Below the pieces are notes generated by a model. The model was not told where the DNA came from. It did no database searches and was given only the letters and a program-made list of their open reading frames with translations. Shown here piece after piece: positions 35,911 through 47,890 of a DNA stretch of 64,000 bases. Each line of letters begins with the position of its first letter. Position 1 is the first letter of the stretch. Source of the DNA: Lama guanicoe (Eukaryota); the NCBI GenBank assembly GCA_013239625.1, contig MU054391.1, positions 3,563,130 through 3,627,129 on the forward strand, read 5' to 3'. Both the position numbers and the translations under genes were made by a program.

Positions 35911-36479
35911 AAATTTTTTAAGTTATGGAAGAAAGTAATACGATACATAATTGAATCAAGAAGAGTTTTATTTTTATTACCACTTAAAAAATAGTAGTGA
36001 TTCCAGCATATACCAAAGGAAGCAGGAGCTGACTTTTTAAGTCTTCAAATTACAGATGAACCAGTAAATTTTCTTGGCATGCAGAATGTTTTCTTTGAAG
36101 CCAGGAAATAATGTCATCATTTATTCTTTTGCCTGCTTCCTTTATATGGTGTGTGAAGTCCGTGGGTCACATTGAAAAGTCAAATTAAAGTCTGTGTGCA
36201 AACTTCACATGTCGCCAAATGGGGACCAGGTCATTCATGTTTGTTTCCCCCTTTGGTGCTGCTATTTAAAAACAGAGGGAAAGATACAAAACCAACAGTT
36301 CATTAAATTTTGGTTGAAAATGACAGAAAGAAAAGGAGCACTGTCCCTATTAAAAAGTCACTAAAGGAATCCCAAATGTTGGGTTGTGTAGCCCAAGAAA
36401 CATTTATTCCCCACCCACACCAAGCCCCCAGTGGACTAGTAGGCAGGTAGCCTTCAACGTGGTCGCCCTCCTGCAGGAC

Positions 36480-37820
36480 CTCGGAGTCCCCAGTGCGGTC
36501 GGGCTGGCAGACAGACAGAGGGGGAGGGGGCGTGTCAAGAGGAGGATTTCATGAATCAGGGAGGGGAGAGGCGAGCACGGCTCCCTGTGCGTTCCTCCCG
36601 CCACGCTCAGCAGTGAAAGAGGGTTATCACACAGCCTGGGCGCCCCCGGAGGGAAGAAGCGTGGCTGCTACTTGCCACGGCACGATCGCATCACCGTAAG
36701 ACGGCGAAGGGAGGTGCATTAAAAGGCTCAAGGCCCTCTGGGCAGTCCTAGGTTAGAACCGGGCAGCGCCAAACCCGAAGTGGTCGGGAACGCTCCACTG
36801 ACGGCTTTTTACAGAGAAGCCCCGGAAGCAGGGCAAGGAGGCGGCTGCCTCGCCGGGGAAGCGCCCGCGGCCGTCTGTGTGGTGGCGTCACTGTCTCGGG
36901 TTCCAGTGTGCTGACTGTGGCCTGGGTCTCCGTTCGCCTTCATAAGCTCCGAGGCGCGGGAGCCCCTCCTGCTTAGCTACTTCAACATGATGTAACCGAA
37001 AAGTCCAGGGTGCACTGGCTTTGCTGGCCACAGGGCCAGTGGGGCTCAGGACAAAAACGTCCCCATAGCCGCGTTTCTCCTCTCCTCTCAGATCTAGCCC
37101 GCGTTCGCTGTCTTTGTTCTCAGGGTCCGCCGGGTGACATGATGGCGGATGCCAGCTCCAGGCCACCTGCCCCTTCCTCCAGCACCGCCCCCCGCCAAAC
37201 ACGCACCCCTTCAAGCGCAGGCCGTGGGCACGAAGGCCATCGCGCGGAACGCGCTGCACGCCTGCTCCTGAACGCGCTCTGTGGACACAGCAATGCGATG
37301 CGCTGACTGCTCCACCCGAGTCCTCTCCAAAACGCAGCGCTGAGAGTGACAGCCGTTCTCCGGGGGAAATTCAGATACCACGGCCGGAACGGGATGCCTG
37401 GGGCTAGACAGGGAGACGCTCGGAGGGCCACTAACCTGAACCCCTCTCCTCCTCTCTCGCACCCCCGGACTGACTGTAGTAAGCGTGAAAATAGGAGAGG
37501 AACGCGTGTCCATGTTTGCGGGAACCCGAGCCGGCCCTCGGTTCCCGGGGACAGGCCTTGGGGAGCGCGGTGTCTGGGGCACCCTTAAAAAGCAGCCTCG
37601 TGGGGGCTCAGACTGACTTCGGGAAGAGGGACGTTCTCCTCCCCCGGGAAACACCGCGAGAGTAACTTGGAGGTTTCCTGCTCACCTGCCCAAGGCGGTG
37701 CCCACCTGGGCTCCCGCAGCCCTCCCGCGGGGACGGCACGAGGGCTCCGGGGTGGGGGGGGACAGGTGTAGCAGCCCGGGGACCCTCCCGCGGGAGGGCC
37801 GGCCTCCCCGCCCCCCGCTG
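36480..37820. promoter_or_regulatory. CpG-island-like GC-rich region
   Basis: Visibly dense in CpG and GC over about 1.3 kb, with ETS-like CCGGAAG near 36822. No associated gene identified. Confidence 0.5.
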
Positions 37821-37849
37821 TCCTTTTGCTTCTGTGTTTGTCTGGGTGG

Positions 37850-38075
37850 TTTTGACTGAAGTCTCGTTGATTCACAGTGAGTGTTGTGTTAGTTTCAGGC
37901 GTGCAGCAGAGTGACTCGGTTACACATAAACATACACGGATTCTTTTTCGGGTTCTTTTCCATTAGAGGTTGTTACAAGATGTTGCTATAGTTCCCTGTG
38001 CTCTGCAGTAAGACCTTGCTGTTTATTTTATGCATAGTCGTGTGTCTCTGTTGATCCCAACTCCTAACTTACCCC
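37850..38075 (-). mobile_element. Lineage-specific L1 3'UTR fragment
   Basis: 'actgaagtctcgttgattcacag...gttccctgtgctctgcagtaagaccttgctgtttatttt' is paralogous to 54440-54650 and to the reverse complement of 6900-7087. Confidence 0.85.
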
Positions 38076-39559
38076 TTTTGGTTTTCATTTTCCTCTTTGA
38101 GGTGCTGGCACCCCCCCCCCTGAATTTCTGGATTGAATTCTTACTTGTCCTTTTCTCAGGAAGGGGAGAACTCGAGGGAAAAAAAGAAAAGTAGGCTTTC
38201 CATTTGCAGACTGAGTCGTTCAACCTGGAGCTCAGGAGACTGACCTGACTTCCCACACCGGCCAGTGGACGGGAGACACGTGACCGCTGCGTGAAGCTCG
38301 TCGCTCGGCAAGGTGAGCCCAGCCTTTCGTACCTGATTTTTCAGTTGTGTTTCTAAACTTCAGATTTAAAAATTCCACTGTTCCCACAATTTGAGGCAGA
38401 TGTCGGGACTGAGTGGGTCCTGCGTTACCACTTTAATTTAGATTCTGGATTAAACACTTTTGTCCAAAACCATCTGAGCCACCTTGCTTACAGGACATGA
38501 ATGCACAGACTTCTTTCTTCTTTAGGGTTCTTCGCACTGTGCTCACAGTCAACACACTCCACAAACGCACCACCAAGCCTTCAGTAGCATGTTAACAAAG
38601 TGAAAATAAAGGAAGACAAAAACTTAATGCTGTGAAAATCCTGCTTACTAAATAAAGGACCAAATGAAAGTGTTTTTCTGAAGTCTGTGTCTTACATATA
38701 AACAGACCTTCAGAATTCCCCTCTGAGATTCTTTCGCTGTATTAACACATTCTCTCAAGGCTTGAAGTTTGTTCTTTGAAACATTAGCCCAAAGAACAGT
38801 GCATTGTGCCTCAAAAGAACCCTTTAAGCTGCTTTCTCCTCAGGCACAAAATTTTACTTTTAAGGGACTAAAGAAAAGATCGTGAAGGAAAGATGGCAGT
38901 AAGCGCCCCCCTCCCCTCCTCCCACCAAATTGTGGAGTTAAATTATTAGTTTTCATAGGGAGTCTACATTCGTACTCGAGGGATGCATGTTTTATTTTAA
39001 CACACACTGAAAGTGAAAGAAATGATGATTTTGTTTCATCCATTACCTTTTGTAAACGCTTATGAACTTCCAGGGTGAAGACATCAGAATTGCCATGTCA
39101 TCTTAACTTAAAAGTTCCTCTTTCAAGCCACCCACCTGAATTTCCTTTCTCTCATGCCTACCCACCTCTGTTGGGGAGAAGGCCCATCAGATTTTTAAGG
39201 CTCCCAGATGATTCCGATAATCAGAAAAGCGTTGGAAATACCAAATTAAAGTACCCCAACCGTGGAAGCAAGCCTATTTAAAAGCTTTCATAATCATTAC
39301 ATAAAGCAATGAAACCAGATGCATGTCATTCTGCAGTGGGTGTTCTCTAAGGCAAAGTGGGAGACATGAGCCACCCCGTCCAAATGTGCACAGCAGAAGC
39401 CCAGCTCCTACAGAGCAGCGTGTAGGTCCTCACTTCCCCCAGTGTGGGCCTCTGACCAGCAGCTCTGGCCCCAACTGGGCACTTGCTGGAAAGGCAGACA
39501 TGCCCAGTTCTACGAATAAGAATCTGCATGAGGGACCGATCACAAGGTGACGCCTACTG

Positions 39560-39720
39560 GTAGGAAATGTTGAGATGCCTTAGGTTCCACTCCTCGGCTG
39601 CCCAGCGGGAGCAACTGCGACAGTCTGGGCGATTCCGGGTTCCCACCCCGGAGACATGAGGTCAGGTTCTAGGGGTGGAGCCTGGGCACTGGTGTCTTGA
39701 AACCAATGCCCACTTCTACC
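39560..39720. mobile_element. MER5-like hAT DNA transposon
   Basis: 'gattccgggttcccaccccggagacatgaggtcaggttctaggggtggagcctgggcact'. Confidence 0.5.
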
Positions 39721-41701
39721 TGGTAATGACACTGTTAATGCTAAAGAAGGAAGGCTGTCCTCCCACTGTGTGCTGGCAAGGCGATGAGTGTCTTCTCCCG
39801 CGAATCGGGCGGCGGAGCTCAGGGTGCTGCCTGCACCCTGGCTGGGGACAGACTTAGGCTGTACACCCTGCGTTCACACGGGCCAGCTCCTTCCTTTCCT
39901 CCGTACTCATGAGATCACACCGAGGCTTTGCTGGTGAGGGAAGTACGACAGATCTCCTCTGACGGTCCTCAGTGCCCCCTCTGTGAACGGTACTTCTCAC
40001 TGCAGTACCTAATCCGGGGTCTGTCTCTTTCATTTCATCAGGCAACAAAAACTGTCTCCATATTTTTTTTTAACAAGTGGAAGAATTAAGCTAAAACGTA
40101 TTACCAGGTCTCTAATCTTAGGCCAACGTTTCTTTTTAAATTCAGAGAGGCAGGAAAGAAAGAAGTAAATGCTCCCTTCACAACCACATTCTCTCTAACA
40201 CTCTGAGTACACGCTAAAGCTTAGCCCTGGCAGAGCATCACGGCCTTGAGTCTGTCGAATTCAAGGTCAGAGGATGTGACTGGCCCCAGAAGGCAGAGTG
40301 TTGAATGAATCAACTCAGATTCCTCAGATGCAGGCGAGCTGAAGAGGGTGCAGTTCGGGTGGCTTGGAGCCGTAGCCACCAGAGTCATTGTCAGGTGCTG
40401 ATCTTCACGGTTTCCTCCTCCTGAAAGGTCACTAGGTCAGCGAGGAGGGTTTCCTTTTGTTCTTAAAGATCTTTCATAGCATCGTCTGCCAGCCCTGGCC
40501 TCCCCTCCTCACATGAGACAAGAAAGAGCCCAAGAGATACTCAGAATTGTCACTCATTTAAAACCATCTCAGCCTTGTCACACCCACGGACACTCATGCA
40601 ATGAGCTGTGACTTACGGAGTGTATTTACATAGGGTGCCACGTTTAATCCCCTCCCTCCCCTCTGGGTCCTTATTTCTCATCAGTTTCCCGGCAAGGACT
40701 GAAATGGCTTTGTCACCTCATGTGCACGTGTTGATCTGGAGGCTACATGTCCTTGAATTGCTGCTTCAAATCATTGAAGATGCAAAGTTACCCTCAAGGT
40801 CCAAAACTGACTTAGGAGCACCCACGAGGCAGGCGGGGAGGCCAGGTGGCCAGGGAAAGACGCACAGCTGACGCAGACCAGGGCCTCCGTGCTCGAATGA
40901 GCGGTGAGTTCACGTGATGATGCAAAAAGCATTTTTCAATGAAAGGTTTTAAACAGCAAAAAGCAGCATGTATAGTAACACAGTGAGTAACTCAGATAAT
41001 GACATTTTTAGGAGGTTTAATGTTGAAAACAGGGGGAAAGAACCCTGAGATAGGAAAAGGAGTTCCAATGTTCACCCCGATGAATCCTGAGCAATAGCGT
41101 TCTGTCCCTGGCCTCGCCGCACTCGACCGGAACAGGAGGGGTTTGCTTAAGACGTCACAATGCCTCCTCCAGCTCTAAAATCTACAGTCTGGGCCGAGCA
41201 GACTTCACGTTACGGGGGAGGGCTGAGCTGGCCCCTGCGGATGGAAAGGATTTGATACTAAAGTGAGGCAGGAAGAGCAGAGGCTTGGGAAGCATGCTGA
41301 TGTGTGATGCCACACAAGTTTCAACTCTGAATCCTCGACGTTAATACTTCTCTGAGTTGTAAGAACCCTCTCCAGCTAACGTAGCCTGGAGTCGATTAAG
41401 TGCAGATACTAATTCCAAGTGCTCTTGGTTCAAAGTGCACTTATGTTCTGCATAAATTCCCTTACCACCATTTACTGGTATTACGGTACTTACCACGCAA
41501 TATCCAGTTGTGTCTGAGCACATCTGAATGCAGAGCTAAACTGCACAGGTGAGGGATGGTTCTTATGCTTCTGTTATTGTTGTTGCTGGATCCGTCTTTG
41601 CAATGCTCTTGGGGTCTAATCCAGGGCCTCGTGGCTCACAGGTGCTAAATAAATGCTTGCTGAATCTGAATCTATTGCTAAACAGAATTAGGGGGAAGCA
41701 A

Positions 41702-41746
41702 CACTGTAAAATTATTATACATCAATAAAAAATGGTAAAAAAAAAA
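41702..41746 (+). mobile_element. Extremely 5'-truncated L1 tail (about 45 bp) with an 18-bp TSD
   Basis: Insert 'cactgtaaaattattatacatcaataaaaaatggtaaaaaaaaaa'; flanks AGAATTAGGGGGAAGCAA (41684-41701) and AGAATTAGGGAAAAGCAA (41747-41764). Confidence 0.8.
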
Positions 41747-42539
41747 AGAATTAGGGAAAAGCAAATGCACTTTTCTCATCCTCAGGACTGGGAGAAGGTG
41801 AGGAGTGCAATATAGTTAAAAAGGAGCATTGTGGGTCATTCCTTTGGACCAGGGGCTGCAGTAGGACCACTTGAAGATTGAGTCTGTCCAGAGCAATGTG
41901 GCTTTGACCATGCCACTGCCAGCTTACGCAGTTAGCCACAAGCCCCACCTCCCCCTATTACTTGCCACTAGGCTACCTTGCCTTTAGCTTACCAGCTCTG
42001 ACCCAGAAATCATTTGCATTTGTAACTTCAGATCTAGAAAGCAATCAGAGCCCAGAAAAGATTAGATTTAACATCTGTCTGCTAACAGTTTAGACTGACA
42101 ACCAAATTCATTATTTTGGAGCTTTTAAAACATTTAAGCAAATACAGTGAGGTTCTGAACCAAGTATCAGGTGGCTTCTCTGAGTCTCTCAACACATCAC
42201 TGCCAAGGTATGAAGCTTGGCCATCAGGCTTCTTACCAGTGGACGTCTGAGGGACATTTGTGAAAATGTACCATTGGTTTTTCCGCACATGTTCTTTGAT
42301 CCGGGGCCTTCTTTTTCCCTCGGAGTAAGAAACATATTTAAAACAAACTTTGGCAGAGATAGGATAACGTTTCTCCAGACGTGCATAATGCAGATGCTCT
42401 ATCAGACCCTCCCAGTAAAAGCCCATCACTGGGCACTGCGATACTGGGAAAGGTCTCGAATCTCTTTGCATCTCCGTTTCTTCCTTTGTCAAGTAGAGCA
42501 GCAACGCCTACTTGATTGGGTTATTTTAAGAGCTCAACA

Positions 42540-42750
42540 CTAATGCTGATTGAGTGTGTACGAGGCTTCAGGCCCCGCGCTAAGTGTTACACGTGCGCTA
42601 ACTCACATCACATCACAACAACCCAGAGGCTCTGAGCTGTTACTACTGCCCCAGTTCACACACATGGAGACTCAGGTGAGGGGAGCACAGGACGTTGCTC
42701 CAGGTAGCACCTGTGCGTGGAGGGCCGGGACTCAAAGTGAGGCGGCCTGA
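42540..42750 (-). mobile_element. MIR SINE
   Basis: 'gattgagtgtgtacgaggcttcaggccccgcgctaagtgttacacgtg...catcacaacaaccc...catggagactcaggtgagg'. Confidence 0.7.
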
Positions 42751-42869
42751 GCCCGAGACCCGCCCCCACCCCACCCCCTCAGCATCACGCCTGTGGAGCG
42801 CTCAATGTGGCGGTCCTCTCTTCTCTCGGACCTCTTCTTGACACCTTTGTCACTGTGTCATCAGAAATT

Positions 42870-43050
42870 GTCGGTTACCCCAAGATACTGAATATAGTTC
42901 CCTGTGCTGTGCAGTGGGACCTCGTTGTTTATCTTTTATGTATCGTAGTGCGTATCTGCAGATCTCAAACTACCAGTTTATCCCTCCTCCCCGTTTCCCC
43001 CTGGTAACCAGAAGTCTGTTTTCTACGTCTGTGAGTCTGCTTCTGTTTTG
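42870..43050 (-). mobile_element. Lineage-specific L1 3'UTR fragment
   Basis: 'caagatactgaatatagttccctgtgctgtgcagtgggacctcgttg...ccctggtaaccagaagtctgttttctacgtctgtgagtctgcttctgttttg'. Confidence 0.85.
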
Positions 43051-43159
43051 TGATTATACTTGAAAAAAAAAGGAAATTAGATGGGCGGTTTTGTAACTCC
43101 GGAACAACTTGAAAATTGTCGTACGTGATTTTCCCACAAAAGCAAGATTTCCAAATATA

Positions 43160-43740
43160 TTGCTGTATCAATTCTTAATTGTATTTCAGATGTTGGACCC
43201 AGATACAGTTACTTCTCTTGCTATATTCCTGTTCTTATCCCAAAGATCAAAATTTCATTCATTGTGTCACCAGTGGAGCAAAACTGATGTTTTAGCTACA
43301 GAAGTCGAGAGAATTCATTTACTTTTTCAGTAGACTTCCTCATTTATTCAGTATTTCCAGATACAGGAACACTTTCATAATATAATTTTACAAACAATAG
43401 AAAATATCTTTGTATATTCCCAAAATTATTTTTCAAATTAAAACATTTTTTGCAGAAAATTTTGTAATGTGTTATATATGCTCCTTCTGTAAGTTAGAAT
43501 ATCATTGCTAATAGTTTAATAGTCTAATGTTTTTCTTTATTTTTTACTGACTTAATCTCTTGATGGATGAAGGTAAATACGTGCATTGGCCTATGCAAAA
43601 CACATCATCGCACCGAAGCTAAGATGTGTACGACTGTTTTCCCTTATTTGGACATACGTATTTGTGGCCTTTCATTACTTGTTTGGGAGAGTTTGTATCT
43701 TCTCTGTGAACGTCGTGTTATATGCTGTCTCTTCGAATTT
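43160..43740 (-). mobile_element. Old L1 (L1ME-like) fragment, tentative
   Basis: AT-rich; 'ttttcccttatttggacatacgtatttgtggcctttcattacttgtttgggagagtttgtatcttctctgtgaac'. Confidence 0.4.
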
Positions 43741-45414
43741 CATTAACGCGCTTGCTTCTAGCAAACTGCTACCTGCATCCATGTCTTCTTACAACAGCTT
43801 AGCTGAGAGAGCTAAGGAACAATTGAGAATTTGGCGTTTAATGTAAGAGCAAATAGGTAAACAGTATCAGCCTAATGGGTTCTCTTATAGGGAAGTTGCA
43901 CAAGCATTATTAGTGCATGGATTCAGATAGTGCAGAGTCTCACGAGGTGATCCTCCTCTTTCCAAGGTTCCTCTCAGTGTTCCAGACAGTTCAGATGGCC
44001 AGGTGAGTAACTGCCAGATGAAAGAGGATTGGCTGTATCTGTCTTTGACCACTAATGTGCCCAAAGTGGATAATCATCTTGCAGCAGCTCCGTGGACTTG
44101 TCTGCACAAGCTAAGTGCTCTCTCCTCATTATCCTTCCAAACAAGTGCTTGCATCCGCTGACTCGTCTGGACAAGGGACATTGACAGGCTGTAATTCTCA
44201 TTCCTCTGATGCACCTGTCAGTGATGATCATCTTTCTGAGAATGATGGATGATGTGAACAGTGGACTCCAAAAGGACTCCTGAGCTTTCAGTGGGCCTGA
44301 CCCTTTAACTAAAAGCTCTCAGTAATATGAAGCTGTTTGCTCGGAAGGAGAGCTGGCTCAGTGTCGGATATAAGCTAAAGATGGCTGGGCTGTAACAGGT
44401 GATTTTCATGAGTAATAACGCGGAGTCACCAGAGTCTGGGCATCCGTGGGCATAGCTCAGATGACAAGAAGATGAATATTGAACTGGGGAGCTTGATGTA
44501 ACGTTAGGGATTCAATTAAAACATCTTATCAAAGTAAAAGGATTACAGAGGATCCAATGAGTTCCCGAAAGCATGCTAGACACATTAATCATGGGAACGG
44601 CCGAGCCCTGGTCCCTGCAGGAAGGCACTGTTGGAACACAGCCATGTGGCTCTTTTCGCACCAACTCCCTGAGATATTCTAAAAATCAGACACATTTCCA
44701 CTGCCAAGTGGAACCTCGGGCTATTGAGGCTTAACCAGGAAATAATCCTCTTTTTAACATCTTCAGAGAGTAGGTGATAATTTATGAATGTATTGTTAGA
44801 AAACCCGATCATTTTTGTTTGTTTGCTCTCAAAATCCCACCTACCCCAGGCTGCTTGGTTACCTCCCTGCTCTGCGGAAGGAGGGGTGGGTAACAGTTTG
44901 GACATTTTTTCTGGCAGTGACATCTGAACACCCAGGCTGTTTGTCATCTCCTGGAACACTCTGCCCATTTTTCTTTTCAGCTCTTCCAAGAGATTAGATT
45001 AGAACCTTAAAAGAGGTCAAAGATAGAATGGATTCTGAATTAGTGATTTAGGTACAGGCAGGGAAGTGCTTGAAAAGGGTGTGTCAAAAAGCATATATAC
45101 TTCATAATACGATGCTAAACACAGGGGCCTGGGAATTCTATGAGCTGTGTTGTCCAAGATGTGTGTACGTGTTACCAACAGTCACGATTTCGGAGAAAAC
45201 AAATGTAACATCAGGTTAAGGAGCTCACGTGCTTGGGAAACTTTTGAAGAGCAGATGACTGTGAAGATGTTTCTATAACCAAGGAAAATCTGAACCAGGG
45301 GCAGAGGTCAATGTGTGTCTCAGTGTGAAATCAGACTGTTTGCCTAAGTGTACTGGGGTGTTGATGACCTAGGAATTTTAATGACAACATTTGATATAGA
45401 ATTCATTTTCTCAT

Positions 45415-45700
45415 TTTCCACTCATTCAGCATGCCTTGAGCATCTAATGAGTACCAAGCATGAGTCAGACACTGAAGAATCACAGACAAACAAACCTTTT
45501 CTCCAGTCTCAGAAGATTCACAATCTAAATGGCAAGAGATATAGAGAATGTTTGTTTCCACGTTGTACCCGGGCAGGGTACGTGATCACAGAATGAGAAG
45601 CCACAAACTCTGCCCTGTGAGAGTCCAGAGGAGGCTCTGTGTGCTGAGTTGTCAAGTTAAGAGCCCGTCCGTGCTCATCAGGTCCAAGTGATGCTATGTA
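45415..45700 (-). mobile_element. L2 LINE 3' fragment
   Basis: 'cactcattcagcatgccttgagcatctaatgagtaccaagca...cagtctcagaagattcacaatctaaatgg'. Confidence 0.6.
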
Positions 45701-46149
45701 CTCACCAGGTGTGTGGACAAAAGTAACAGGGTGTCTAGCTAGGAAAGCAGGCAGCAACTGGATTGAGGACACGTTTACCAAGCTGCAGAATGTGAAAATT
45801 ATTCTCTCACGATGGAGAGCGGTGGGATGTTTCAAAGCCCAAGAAGGAAACGCTCCGGTTTCAGTTGTGAGGGTCAGTCTGGCGGCCCTGGAAGCGTGGA
45901 CTGGGGAAGGGCAGGGCTCAGGGGGAAGCGCAGGGCTCAGAGGCAAGCAGGCCTACCCCCAGCTGATGGTGCCGATGGGACTGAGACGTGCCGTGGAATG
46001 AAGGAGCCAGGGATTTCTGAGACGTGTGGTGTTTGGTGACTCATTGTCAAGGGGGGACGTGGAGGGAGGGGCATCTGGAAGTCTGGTAGGCTTCGTGTAA
46101 GTCACAGCCTTGGCTGACGTAAGAATAGAGAGAAGCAAAGATAGGGGAA

Positions 46150-46365
46150 GTGATTTGCATTTTTCAAGTGCTCTGCCGCCGTCAGGCACTACGCCAACTC
46201 CTTTCTGTGGATTATCTTATTTCATCCTTACAATAACCCTGTGGAAGGAAGCACTGTTAACATTTGTATTTTATGCATGAAAAATCAAGGTTTGGGAAAG
46301 TTACGCAGCTCTCCCTAGTCATGCAACTGTTAAGTAGCAGGAAGAGCGAAAATAGCCCTGTCTTT
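46150..46365 (-). mobile_element. MIR SINE
   Basis: 'ttatcttatttcatccttacaataaccctgtggaagg...attttatgcatgaaaaatcaaggtttgggaaagttacgcagctctccctagtcatgcaact'. Confidence 0.7.
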
Positions 46366-47384
46366 GTCCGTTACATGAAATCACAGCGACCAGCCTTACG
46401 GGATTTATCACGCCTCCCTCCTCTCTCTCTCTTCACGGGAAGACAGACTCCTGAAGGGAAAGATCTGCGTGCTATTCGGTTTGTAGCTTCCCTGGCAGTT
46501 GTTAAGTTCCTAGTGCGTAGTAGGTACAAAATAAGTTCATGGCTTGGGGCGCGATTAAACCTTGGACGCAGAGCTGTTAGCACTGCCAGGGACGATACTG
46601 TCACTGCTCCTGGTCCCTCTCCTTTCAGTTCCTTATTCATTGGCGGTCGGTTGGGCCTAGAGGGAAGCACAATCAAACACGGAGAGCAATGGCCAAGAAA
46701 GTGCCTGGTAATTCAAAAGGGCGCCTGCTGCCTGTGGGGGACACATCCGTCTTCTTCAGGAGCCAGCGCGGAAGTTGCTCGCGTCACGGCGGCTCCCATT
46801 TCAGTGGCCGCTATCCAGGTTCACGGCCGGCTCCAGCTACAGGAGAACCTAGGAGGCAGTTCAGGTCCTGGACAGCCAGTCTCCCTTCCAGACTCTGTTG
46901 CCAAAGGACGAAAGGTGGGGTGAGTATTGTAGGTGAGCAGCAAGTGTGCCTGCAGCTGATGCTAACCCTACAAGGAGCTTCTGAGGGCATGTATCCAATG
47001 AGGCTGCTTTTTTCAGTCATATCAAGACCAATTTGCTAATATCACCTTAAAATATAGTCGTTTCAACAATACACAACTCTCTTTAAAAGGAAATGTTGCT
47101 TTGCAGTAGGAGGGTTACAGGCTCTGGAGAAAAACAGGTCTGGTTTTTTTCCCTGGTTCGCTAATTGTGCGATCTCACTCTCACGCCCCAGTTTGTAAAA
47201 TAGATCCTGAGTAGATTCAAAGAGAAGGCTCACACAGAGGTCCAGATCCACAGTAGGACACCAGTAGATCAAAAACATTAGTTCTTCTCCTTCATTGTAA
47301 AACAGGGATTTAAAAAATCCATGTTAAAATGTGGAGGGATTTTTCAATGCAGGCAAGCTAAATCGGATGTAACTCTCAGATTAT

Positions 47385-47890
47385 TTTCTTTTTTTCCTCT
47401 TCAACTTTGCTGAGGTCTAACTGACAAATACACTGTATATGTTGAAAGTGTACAATGTGATGCTTTGATACATGTGTACATTGTGGAATGATTACCACAA
47501 TCAAGTTACTTAACACATTCATCACCTCACATTACATTTTTTGCAGGGTAAGAACACAGGTCTACCATCTTAGCAAATTTCAAGTATATAATGGAGTATT
47601 GTTAACTGTAGCCATCAAGCTATAAGTTAGATCCTTATAGTTTATTAATCTTATATTTGTTCCCTTTGACCAACATCTCCCCGTCTACCCTCCCCACCAG
47701 CCCCTGGAAGCCACCATTCCACTCCCGGTTTCTTTGAGCTCAGCTTTTTCTGAATTCCACCTATACACATACAGTAATTTCTCTTTCTCTGGCCCATTTC
47801 ACTGAGTATAATGCCCCTCGGTTTCACCTGTGTTGTATCAGATGGCAGGATTTCCTTTCTTTTTCATGGCTGAATGTTTCATTGTATTTG
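47385..47890 (-). mobile_element. L1MA-like 3' end
   Basis: 'ctttgctgaggtctaactgacaaata...gtgtacaatgtgatgctttgatacatg...cttagcaaatttcaagtata...ggcaggatttcctttctttttcatggctgaat'. Confidence 0.85.

Noticed and set aside
44221..44283. C/D box snoRNA-like motif order (GTGATGA...CTGA...ATGATG...CTGA)
   Set aside because: Only 8 nt between box C and the first CTGA, no terminal stem and no recognisable rRNA guide.
46264..46923. Longest ORF (219 aa)
   Set aside because: Starts in MIR/L2-derived sequence, has no recognisable domain and no exon-like boundaries.
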